This document shows, in pieces, positions 12,382-23,699 of a stretch of DNA of 64,000 bases. Both the position numbers and the translations under genes were made by a program. The DNA is from Hemiscyllium ocellatum. Its lineage: Eukaryota. Position 1 is the stretch's first letter. Every line of letters starts with the position of its first letter. The DNA is taken from positions 310,001 to 374,000 of the forward strand of contig NW_026867489.1 of the NCBI RefSeq assembly GCF_020745735.1. Reading direction: 5' to 3'. The notes under the pieces were generated by a model. It did not search any database. It was given only the letters and a program-made list of their open reading frames with translations, and was not told where the DNA came from.

Positions 12382-12909
12382 TCTCTCAGCCCACAGTAAT
12401 ACACCGCGCTGTCAGACAGCTGCAGCTCCCCAATGGTGAAATTGCCTTCACTGTTCGACGTGTCCAGAGACGACAAAACTCGAGGCCCCACTCCCTCAGC
12501 TCTGAAAGGATCTCCGTAGTTAGGGATGTATATCATGAATGTCAGAGGTTTTCCGCGGTACTGACGGTACAAATGCAAAGAATATGAGGTATGTTGGGTC
12601 GAGTATCTGAATGTAATGGTCACTGAGTCTCCTTTGAACAATTTGATTGCATTCGGCTCTTGTGAAATCGAGTCTGCACAATTAGAACCTGAGGAAATTT
12701 GAAAATAACCGACAATTACTTGTCATATTCTCGTTTTAATCAAATATAGTCAAGAATGTGAGAAACTACGTCACAAATAGCGAGGAAAAATTAGTTACAG
12801 TGAAGGTCACCATACCAATGTCAATTATCAGCAACATTTGCCACCTTTTGAACTTACCAGTTAAGAATTCTGCAGCAGTCATCAATGCATAAAATGTGAA
12901 AAGCAACAT
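12382..12909 (-). CDS. TCR alpha/delta-type V gene segment, open reading frame: complement(join(12382..12688,12858..12909))
   Basis: Leader MLLFTFYALMTAAEFLT-G with a gtaagt donor, a 169-nt phase-1 intron and a tttcctcag acceptor. V exon: SNCADSISQEPNAIKLFKGDSVTITFRYSTQHTSYSLHLYRQYRGKPLTFMIYIPNYGDPFRAEGVGPRVLSSLDTSNSEGNFTIGELQLSDSAVYYCGLRD, followed directly by a 23-RSS. Cys23 is F and Trp41 is L. Confidence 0.9.
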
Positions 12910-13609
12910 GCTTGGCAAGCAGAGGGTGAGTTTAAGCAAGAGGAAAAGAAACTAGATTGTCTTTGTTCAGAGATGGTGGTCGGATTGAACACTGCAAACT
13001 GAAACTGAAGGGTTTTTATAGCTGTTGTTCTGTCATATCCGGTCTTACTGCCGACTGGTTCTTCGCGTTTGCATCGCCAGGCAGCATCCAGTCAGCTCAA
13101 GACCTTTTGTTCTCTAGTCATGATATCAGAGATCTGCTCAGCAAACCTTTGAATCTGCTCCACTGCTCAATTTGAGCTCAGCAAACTTCCACTGTGCAGC
13201 ACAACTCCAAAATATCTTATTTCCTTGAAGATCCATTAATCTTATCAAAATCATTGAGAAATAAATGCAAAGATAGGGCAATGGCTCCTCTTCTGACGTA
13301 CTGACTTTAAGTGAAATAGGTATCTACTCTAATTCTGGGTATTTTTACAAAGACAGTCTTTAAACTGAGTCGTTGATGCTTGAAAGCTCATGTCGTTATA
13401 GTTACAGTTCCCTAGTTCATGATTAGGAGTGTTGGTTTCCAATACAACACTTAATACCAAAGTAAGGACGGGTTTAGAGCAGAATACAAACATGAAGTAC
13501 AGAAGGAAATCATTCAGGACAGCTGATCTGGTTTATAGTACTGCTCAAAGATATGTTTGACTGTGTGTTTGGGGTGGAGGGGATGTGCGTAGAGTAATCG
13601 TGTTTTGTC

Positions 13610-13648
13610 AGGTTTTATCCGGAGTGCCAGTGGCCGTCTGTCAGTGCG
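13610..13648 (-). promoter_or_regulatory. Degenerate 23-RSS
   Basis: Minus strand: CGCACTG, 23-nt spacer acagacggccactggcactccgg, then ATAAAACCT. Confidence 0.65.
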
Positions 13649-13953
13649 GGGATCAGCACGCATAAACATACCTCAGCGTAAGAGATATAAGAAAAAGCGA
13701 TCTTGAAAGAAACTGTTTTGATTTCTTTAGCCAGACTAGCAGAAAACCTGTCTGAAGAATCTGGAGACTTTTCGCCCTGTTCCGTATCGAATCTTCTTAG
13801 TAAATACCTCGGTGCTTTCCCAGGAAACTGAATGCACAAGAAGACTGATGATCTACTGTATTTCACTGGGTAAAGAGATTTCAGAATCCAGTCTGAACTT
13901 TCCGAAACATTCGTTAAAGCAGATTCCACAAAACTGTGTCAAGGTAACTCCTT
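13649..13953 (-). pseudogene. TCR alpha-type V pseudogene
   Basis: Reads VFLCIQFPGKAPRYLLRR...SSDRFSASLAKEIKTVSFKI... after a ttttgccag acceptor. WY is decayed to LC, both cysteines are lost or displaced, and the 5' part is frameshifted. Confidence 0.75.
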
Positions 13954-15202
13954 CTGGCAAAATAAAATATAAGATGTCAAAAATCAGTCGTGAATCATAT
14001 GAATTGCACTTCGACTTAAGTAACTCAGACTAATTGGTGTTTGCATAGACATTAACATCAGCAAGACATGAAGGAGGCATGAAGGTTGACAGGAAACCAT
14101 CCACTTCTTAATTTATTTTGACATGACTGAACCCACATGAAAAATAGGCCTCAATTCCTCGGCTCGTGAGGGTCCTTTTTCTTGTTCCGATTGGTAAATT
14201 TCACTGACCTCAACAATATATCACTCATAGTTAGTTCATAGCTGATTGCAGCTGAATCTCTCGAAACATTTACCTGATAGTTTTTGCCCCCTTGCTCTTT
14301 CTCACAATTTCAGACATTATGTCTCTATCTTGGTTTATCTCAATTTCATATCAAGCTTAATGGCTATGTACTCAAGAAAGCAAATAGCTCCCTGTGGTTA
14401 AACTGAAAGGGGAAGTAATGTAAAATTGATTAAATACTCAGGTCTTAAGCAATGTCTGAAGCAAAGGTGCACAATTAATCATTACTGTGAGAAGTTCAGG
14501 AAGAAAATGCAAAGTAGTCATCCACCACCAAATTCTGGATTCTTGCCATTGGAGCCACTTTGCTCTGGAAAGCTCATAACTTCAACCAGTTTTTACTGTG
14601 ACCCCAGAAGTTTGAAACCCAATGTCCCTAATTATGTTTTTTTTTATTAAATCACTTTTGAAAGATTGCAGTTTTTGGATGGAACCGGATTCACAAGTTT
14701 CAGAAATAAAAAAATGCAGTTACTCACACCGTGTGTCTGCAAAAGATGAATAGCAGCAGCAGTACGTCATTTAGTCCTTTGACCCTGCTCCTCAGTTTCA
14801 GACTATCACGGCTGCCCTGATAGTGTCCTCTGGTCTGCTTCCGTGTCTGGCCCAGAATACAGTTCTCCACCATAAATTAAAATTCTGTGTATTTCCACCT
14901 TGAACATATTCAAAGGCCCAACCCTCACTTTTATGACAGATACAAATTTCACAGACAAACGACACCCAGAGAGGGAAGTAATAACGTCCTCATTTCCATT
15001 TACCTGGGAGGCCCGCAATTTTAACATGTTTGACCTATATTTCCAGTGTCACCAAAAAGAAATATCATCTCCTCAGCATCCAAAGGTTTTTTTGCTGCTT
15101 GGGATATTTCATGTTCTGTGTGAAACATCGCCTATTATTCTAAATATTTTGCCAATGTTTTGAGATTGTCTCCCCTGGTGCCCTTGATTGTCAAGCTGAT
15201 AG

Positions 15203-15240
15203 AGTTTTTGTGCAGGGGACAAGGGACTCCCACCACTGTG
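15203..15240 (-). promoter_or_regulatory. RSS with consensus heptamer, 22-nt spacer
   Basis: Minus strand: CACAGTG (15240-15234), 22-nt spacer, ACAAAAACT (15211-15203). Confidence 0.9.
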
Positions 15241-15561
15241 GGTCTCAGTGCACAGTAATACACGGCGCTATCTTTCAGCTTCAAATCTTTCATTGATAAG
15301 TGAAAAACTCGTTTTTCCCGATTGAGATTCCCACTTAAGTTTTCAAAACTGGGAGCTGTATCATTATACCCGTAACTGTCCGCTCTGATCAGGTATTGAG
15401 GTGCTTGCTGTGGATACTGGCAGTACCAGAACAGGCCATAGTTAGTGTAGAGCAACGATTATGAGAATCGTTCAGTCTCGTTGATCTCACTTCACGGTTC
15501 ATCGCGTGCACAGAAAAAAGTGAGAGTATCTTTAAGTGTTCGGAATTTCCGAAGCTCTGTC
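15241..15561 (-). pseudogene. TCR alpha-type V pseudogene (5' frameshift, Cys23 lost)
   Basis: The 3' two-thirds are intact: YTNYGLFWYCQYPQQAPQYLIRADSYGYNDTAPSFENLSGNLNREKRVFHLSMKDLKLKDSAVYYCALRP. The 5' part (GQSFGNS...STRLNDSHN) is in another frame. The 5' boundary is uncertain. Confidence 0.85.
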
Positions 15562-16358
15562 CTCTGCTGCATGACTGATCTGAACCATTAGACAGTCTAG
15601 GTCGTTCCATTCTCTCGATGACATACAATCTGTCAGGTCATTGTATGTGTTTCTCGTGCTACTACAGTGGAACTGATCAATGATGACATTCACAGAGTCC
15701 AAAGACTTTGATACAGCCTCACCCTTTGTTGTTGCTTAAACTTCTGTAGACATAGAGGGATGTCATAAACTTAACGCACGTTGAGGCACGATTTATGGCT
15801 TTACAATCTAATATCACACAAATACCTCGTGGGACACTACAAAAATACACACTCATACAAATAATGCGTAGATACAATGTCTATCAGAACGAGTGATCAC
15901 ACTAACACGTTAGTGAGTTTACTCGAGAAGAGTAAAACAAATCGTTAGTGGTTGCATTCACTGAAGAGATTGCAGATTTGTTTGCATACTGTCACTTCCT
16001 GTAAAATAATTGAACTTAGAATGAGGCCAGTAAAATTCATGAAAAAGGCAACGTTTATGAATGTCTAACTGAGCCATACACTGGTAGACCATGTCTGAGG
16101 AATTCGTGATCACAAAGCTGGAGGAAGATATCCCCAGTAATGTCCATGTGTGCGCATCATCAGACGGCTAATTGTTTTGTAATGCATCACAAACTATTTT
16201 GTAAAATACTTTTATTGTGAGTTAAGTTTAAAAGTCATAATTTCTCAACTGTTCTTCGAGTATTCTTGTTTAATTTTGGGCTTTGTTTTGGTATTGTTCT
16301 GGTAACACTGTGATTCTTACTCTGAAGATTGAACTGCTGTTTCAGATTCTCCATGTGA

Positions 16359-16377
16359 TGCCGCCTTCTAGTGGACA
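16359..16377 (-). promoter_or_regulatory. Candidate CTCF-binding motif
   Basis: The minus strand reads TGTCCACTAGAAGGCGGCA, close to the CTCF consensus TGGCCACYAGRKGGCRS. Same orientation as the site at 5024. Confidence 0.55.
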
Positions 16378-17928
16378 CTAGCTGGAATTCTCAGCATACC
16401 TTTTGATGATGGCTCCACTTTTATTCTGCAACAGTGTGGACTGCATGCCACAGGGATTCCAGACGCTGTCTGAGAGAATAGCCCATTTGATTTGATTTAT
16501 TTGTTCAAAACAACAGAGAATCAGTCTTGAAAATCGTCAGAAGTATCACCTGAGGTAGTTCTCATCAATAAAAATGTCAGAAAGTTTCCAAGACCTAGGA
16601 TGTCCCAGCAGAGTGTTGGAGCGCCAGCTTTGAGTTCATCTTTTCAGAAACATTGATTCTTATCGATCCTGAAATGCCTCATCTCTGCCTTAGCACCCTT
16701 CAACAAAGTACCAAGTTGATCTAATAACTTGCATGAATATAATTTCTGACGAAGCAATAACTAATTTAAGCAGACCCACCAGGCATTATATCGACATAAG
16801 AAACAAAGAAAATTGGGGGAAATGGTGTCAGGTGTCCATGATCGCAGAAATGACAGAATGGTTTAAATAAGTTGACACATCCGATCTGATGCCAAACACC
16901 AAACTCACGTGACCGCGTTGACTTGATTAACGCAAAAAAGGACGTTTCCAAGGAAACGTATTGTTTGAGCTCTCCGATCTGACAGAGTTAGGCAACAACC
17001 ATTGTTTGCTGCAGGTCATGTGACTTTTGATAATTTATCTGACCTTTGTTCTGTCCCTTCTTGTCAGTAGGAAGTGTGCCTTCTGCTCTATCTTATTGCA
17101 GCATTTTTCGGTTTCTGGTTTTATGCGTTGATTAATCTGTCGTAACATCTGTCTTCCTTCTACAATCTTACAGAAAAATCTGGATGGGAGAATGATCCAT
17201 GTCTCCCTGTTCAGCATTCTAGCTGGCCACCAAAACGTAGTGCAGCATGAATGGGTATATTTAGCATGAAATAACGATAATTTAAGTTAAGAACAATCAC
17301 ATGGGTTATTTAAGAAACTGTGACAACGTTGACAGACCTAACATTTAATTTTCGGTGGCAGTGAACTTTCAACATAAATATCTCACAAATTAATATGGGG
17401 GCATGAACGCAGATCAATAGGCTAAGTCTCGAGTTTATTCGCTAACAAGACTCCGTGAAGTAGATGCTAAAGAAGACCATTGCTTCAATCAAGGCTTCAT
17501 CATCATTGAATTGGATTATGATATGAAATTCTTTAACACAGTTTTGTAGCTTTCAGCCTTCACCACGGATTCATTTACTCGGTAGAAATCTAACAAATGT
17601 TACCTTGCCTTATGTAGTACAGTAGAATGATGGTTAATTTGCTCGCGTGGCAGCTATCCGAGATTTAATTAATCCCACGCCTCTGTTCTCCCTCCCGTGT
17701 CAAAACTGCCCAAGTTTCTTCTCTAAAAGGGATTGAAACTGCTCCAACGCTCTCTCAAGCAAGTCATTACAATTTTCAATGAATTTACTCAAAATAAAAA
17801 AAAAGACTGTCCTTATGTATGACCCCTCCCAGCCACGGAAGAACATGAATAACTCTGCCTTGTTATGTGAAGTGGGAATATCATTATTTTTCTTCCCGAG
17901 AGTGCAGCTGGAACATTTTCCAGTCGAA

Positions 17929-17931
<3 letters not shown>

Positions 17932-18007
<76 letters not shown>
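17932..18007. repeat. (TG)n(GA)n compound microsatellite
   Basis: Seen directly. Confidence 0.97.
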
Positions 18008-20394
18008 TTACATTGTGTATTACTGTATGAGAGCAGATGGTGAACTATTAGCCTAAATGTGAATATTAAGGTCTGTGTTCGCCGGTGACAGAATGTATGA
18101 GAGACTGTGTAAGTGTGAACTGGTATATGTATGAGTGAACTAGAGAGTATAGCCCTTTGGCATCCGCAAGCATAGACCTTTACCAAGCAATTGGTATTTT
18201 TTCATCACCCAATGTTGTATTTATTATTTCTCAATTTGATCAACAACATGTCCATTATTTCTAGGGCCACTTCCTTAAGTCCTCTGGGATGCAGAGCATA
18301 AGTCTGATGGGGAACTTTTGAGCTCTCTATTCACATAGCAATAGCAGATTTTGCAGTCAGATTATATTTCCAGTAAGATTACTTTGTTATTATTGTTTGC
18401 CAGTCCAAATTAAACCCTGTATCGTCCTATGCTGAGCTTTTCAAATGCCATGGAGATACTAAGCCCAAATTTTAACATTTCAAACGCCTACACTGTTACG
18501 CCTCTCCTGTTCCATTAACATTCTACAACATCCCAGATCTCAGTTGCCCTCTTCTGCATTCCTGATTTCCAAAATTATATCTTTACAATTTGTGTATTTA
18601 AGCTCTGACACCTCGGTCGTCTGAGATGCTTCTTAAATAACTTTCATTCGTGGTTCAGGACATACATTAAAATCTGACTTAATTGTCAAGAGTGTTTCTC
18701 TTCTTGCATAACGCATTCAGGTGTCTTTGGGCAAAAAGTGGGTTCAGTTAAACGCCTGTGAGAATACCATTGGAGGCATGAGAGAAACCATAATTCTATC
18801 TCTAAAGCGAAACTAGATATTGGCAATAAATGTTGAGATTGTCAGTTGGCCTCCTATCCCAATAAGACTTAACAATAGAAACGATGTAAAATGAATAACT
18901 CATCAGCGTAAAGCATTATTCACAGCACTGTTAATATCGTGGACATATTTTTTTTTTACTTTTAAACATTTCCTCTCCTATCTCCAGAAAAATCAATTAA
19001 GAATAAGGAAACTGAGATAGATCTCACTATACAACAACAAATACTTCATTCTAAGATCATACTATCCATTCTTGTAATCGAAATATATATATATATATAT
19101 ATAGTCTGTGCTACAATGAAGTTAACATAGTGCCTGAGTTGCTTTCATTCACTTCTTATAATGTAATAAGATTAGACTACAAACTGCAAGCTGTTGTATG
19201 ACAACACTTGTTTCTTGCCAGAACAGAAATAAGTGCAATTTGCTTATTACGAATCTAACGAATCTAATATCCGACAATTTATTAGATTACTGTTACACAA
19301 TAACACACGAAGCTCCATATTTTAACCAAGTAATAAGCAGTATGTCAATGACTTCATATTAAACATTGCATTAAATCTTGAAATGTTCCATAATATAGTC
19401 ACAAGTGACTTGCTAGGGTTCAAACATAAGAAAGCACAATGTCACACAAGTCACACACATTTATTTGCAATGAAATTCTCTGATAAGGCAGCATTCAGTA
19501 TTGGAAAAAAATCAAGCCGATCCTCAAATGGGAGAGACTGTATTTTCAGGGTTGTAAACAGAAAGGAAAAGCTTATTTCTAAATCTACTTCCTACGAATA
19601 ATAATGACCACTTGAATCGGATAGCAAATGACAATGGTTTTTCAATGCAAGGTATTTCAGAAACGAAACCATTTCACAATGCTGTGTAGCTCAGCTCTGC
19701 CAGATATTCATTTAGGCACTCAGATATTCATAGTGAGAGTGTCCAGACATATAATGAAGTTTCAGACTGCATTTCACTTACAATCTATTGAAGCAACAAA
19801 CTAAATAACACTTCTGTGGAGTTAGGTTTCAAAACTGTGAGAAGCATGATGTTATTATACTTGGAGGCGAACTGCTGGCCAGTTCCATATCGCCATACGT
19901 CATGTCATTACGACTGTCACGTGAAACTGCTCAATCTAAATAATGAGATGAGATCTATCCTAAAATAATCTCTTCCCACCTCTTCCGAGTTCTAATTTTT
20001 TTCTAGTTTGTAGCTTTTGTTTATTGGGAGTTATTTTAGCATATGAGCGTTAATACCACATAATTATTTCAATCGACATGTATCATATCTATTTAAAATC
20101 ATTATGCCCGATAGAGGAAGATTTCCGAAGTGAGGACCATCACATCCAAAGTCTGTGCTATGTAGAAATAAAGATCTTTTATTTATTTCTGTGAAGCTAC
20201 CCTGCAGTAAAGGTCTCCACATAGATGCGTCTAGTTAATAACTTTAGATTTAATCAAGATTCACACATATGATGGTACTGTCCAGTAGTGCAGGTGCATT
20301 TTCCTTGAGGGTGGAATGACGCGTAGGGCAAGTTAGGGAAAAAAAATACGTTTGGTATACTTGGATTAATGTTGAGTTCTATGATTACAGCATG

Positions 20395-20890
20395 TCATGT
20401 GCTACCATACAAGACATTGGTTAAGATATTTTAGGGATGCTGCCTTCAGTTCTGGTCTCCCTGCTATAGAAAAAAATATTGTTAAACTTGAATGGGGAAT
20501 GGAAATTTCATAAGGATTCGACGTTTTGAAGTGTAAGGATAGGCAGAATAACTGGGCGACATTTCCCCTTGAGCATCGGATGTTGAACAGTGACCTGAAA
20601 ATGATTATCAAATCATGAGGAGCATGGATAGGGTGAATAGCGAAAGTCATTTCTTCAGGATAGGCTAGCCAAACACTAGAGGGCATAAGATTAAGGTGGA
20701 AAAGAGGAAGAGATAAAAGGAAGCGAAGGGACAACGTTTTCACTGAGATGGCAATGCGTGTATGAAATGAGCTGCCAAAGAAAATTTTGGGTGTTGATGA
20801 TATTGCAACATTTTAAATTGTAGACTGATATGGGCCAAATTGGGCAAATGGGACGAGATTTATTTTAGATATCTTGTGAGCATGGCCGAG
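20395..20890 (+). mobile_element. CR1 LINE 3' end
   Basis: acaagacattggttaag...cagttctggtctccctgctatagaaaaaaatattgttaaacttgaa...aaatcatgaggagcatggatagggtgaatagc is the typical CR1 ORF2 tail. Confidence 0.8.
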
Positions 20891-21731
20891 TAGCACAGAA
20901 CTATCAGTTTCTGTGGTCTTCAACCGCGTGATTTTAAATGGCCTGATACAACATAAAATGATTTATCGTTAAGTGACTCCATGCATGATGCATGGTTTTG
21001 ATCTGCGGCATCAAACACATTAGTAATGGAACCATTAATAGTATAACGTCGAATACTACATGCTCTGATGTGGTATTAAATGGGAATAAGCCGATGTAAT
21101 ATGAGCAGTGACAGCCATAAAGTAATATTGAAAGAAATCTGTCCTTTTTCAGCAACAACCTGCAAAGTTCAATCGAATACAATTAAAGTGAATTGTCGAA
21201 ATCAACATGGTGCCAAATTAGAATAGTGGCACAAAAGCTTGCAATGAGACATGCCTAAAGGCCCAGTGCTTTACACTTAGAAGACCCGACAAGTAAGTAT
21301 AATGCATGATTGGAACAGTGCAAAGTTAAATCTGATCAACGTAATGCAGAATGCTATGTGAAAAAGTTTAGTCACACCTGAGATTGGTTCTGATATAACA
21401 TAAAAAGAGACATGATCAAACTGAGTACTTATACCAACATCTAATTTAATATCAACAGAGACAGAAACTCGTGCAATGTAAACAATTATAAGGATCAACG
21501 TAACATAATTCGCACCAAAGTTATTTGAAGTAGCAACAATGAAATTGCTTTCTGCGGCTATAACACACACAAAGGCTTCTGAACTGGAAACAAAAGATCT
21601 AATCATGCAGTGAGAACGACACGTGTGTACAATGTTACCTGAATAAAAGAATGAGCGAACATAGAAATTATTGAGGCAAAGAATATCTGGAGTAATAATT
21701 GTCAGGGCATGCGCCTGTTGTACTCAATAAG

Positions 21732-21943
21732 GAGTCTAGATTAGAGTGGTGCTGGAAAAGCACATCAGTTTAGGCAGCGTCCGAGGAGCAGTAAAATCGA
21801 CGTTTCGGGCAAAAGCCCTTCACCTGTATTATTGAACCATCGATTTTACTGCTCCTTGGATGCTGCCTGAACTGCTGTGATTTTCCAGCACCACTCTAAT
21901 CTAGACTCTGGTTTCCAGCATCTGAAGTCATTGTTTTTACCTA
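21732..21943. mobile_element. Penelope-derived hairpin element with target-site duplication
   Basis: 69-bp inverted arms at 21732-21800 and 21840-21908 (5 mismatches) plus a 35-nt unpaired tail. Flanked by the direct repeat gtactcaataag(gag) at 21720 and 21944. Confidence 0.88.
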
Positions 21944-23699
21944 GTACTCAATAAGGAGCCAGGGCTAAATGTGCAGGAACAGTAGTGCCCAAACCTTTGA
22001 GCCCGGCAAACTTTTTTCAAGTCTTACCTTTTATTGTGGTGTGTGATGATCTCTGAATAACTCGATTTGTTCAATAAGGAACCACGTGTCATTCCAATTA
22101 TGTTTTGGGCATGCTGAAAGAGTAACATAGATCAAGGAGTAAGAAAGTATCACAATAGCCATAAAACCTGTGGAAGCACAAACACAGGCAGAAGTTTTTT
22201 TTTCTAACCAAGACAAGAATGATAATTGCAGCACAGAAGAAGGGAATTTTGCCAATCCGATCCATACGAGCTCTGGAATGCAATAATGCACATAATATCA
22301 TACCCTGTATCAGAGAACGTTGGAATTTACGAATTGTGTACCGTGATAATTTATTGATAACTGCACAAATTTTAAAAAAACCACTCTGGCCATCGTATCT
22401 TAGCTGATGAGGATAAAAAACACGCTGTCGAATCTAATTCATTTCTAATTATTTAAGTGATGTTTAACACTTGTGATTTCCACCCTTTTGTTGACAGGGT
22501 TAAGGGCGTATTCCTTTGTAATTTCAGGCGGCGGTTTTCAGACCACACATTACATCAAAGTTAAAACTATCTGAACATTTTATCTCCCCTCTAAACATTT
22601 TGTCAACAGCATATAAGCTATTTCTCCGAGTGACTGGCGTCTCAGGCAAAGGTAATGCATGTTAACAATCTGATCCATCCAGGGCGCTGAAAAGTTTGAA
22701 TAACACAAGAAAATCTCCCCTTAAGGTTCTCACCCTCTGGGAAAAAATAGAGAGTCTGTCAAAACTACCCTCATAATTAATTTTCCATTCCTGACCGATT
22801 CCCATAAATTGCCCAGTTGCCCTCTGGAATGCAAGTGCATCTTTCAATGACAATGTTACGACGACAATAATAATTAAGGCATGATGATATATGTTAAAGT
22901 GAACCAAATTTCGTTAGAAACTTCTATACAAGGATTGGTTTCTGAACAAATGTTGATTAAAAATGTTTTCACGTTTTTATTTACCTCCATGCTGAGCTGT
23001 GAACCATTCGACCGGGATAAAACAAGTTACCTAAAACATCAGAGCCTTTTGTATTAGTTTTCAAAGTTGAAACCATCATTTCACAACGCGTTGAGCGCTT
23101 CTTTTTATTATAAAGATATTTGGACAACTGGCGTTTCAAAACAAAACGAAACAATGCTTCCATGCTTTGCTGGCAGACAGTTCTGTGTGCATTAGATTTG
23201 AACTTGCTCATTTTACGTGAAATGTTCCATGCCTGTGTGACCTCTTATAGCCCAGAAGGTCCCCTGTGTCTGTTATACAATTTCTTATCATTCCTGCCTG
23301 CGACTTTTGAGCAACTGTATTCTTCTCAACTTATCGTTTTCTGTAATCTTAAGTCAGAGCTTGGCCAAAGTGTTCATTGTTCAGTGTATGTTTCTGTGAC
23401 AGACCATAACTGAAAAACAAATGGAGTTCAAATATTTGCAACTGTGATATTTAAATATAGCCGTAGGCACTGAATTCTAACCGTTTGTATCGTCCTTTCA
23501 ATTCTTCTTACATTTCGATTAACTGCACGTGATACTGCTGAATGTTAGAGACCTGAAAATCAGTAAAAGCTGAATTTCAGCATCGGTGTGAATTCAAGCC
23601 ATTGAAGAAGAAAAGAGAGGAACCGTTTATTCAATAGTTCGTTACTTCTATCTATTGCATTTATATATATGGATATTATCAGTAGGTTTCTCATAATTT

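Noticed and set aside
16284-16312. J/D-type RSS candidate (tgttttggt, 13 nt, CACTGTG)
   Set aside because: No FGxG motif, splice donor or second RSS follows, so it is probably chance.
17779-18186. ORFs with CV/HT dipeptide runs (also 46007-46337, 55421-55675)
   Set aside because: They are translations of microsatellites.
23230-23410. PEGPLCLLY...SVY string resembling a V 3' half
   Set aside because: No YYC, no RSS and no leader.
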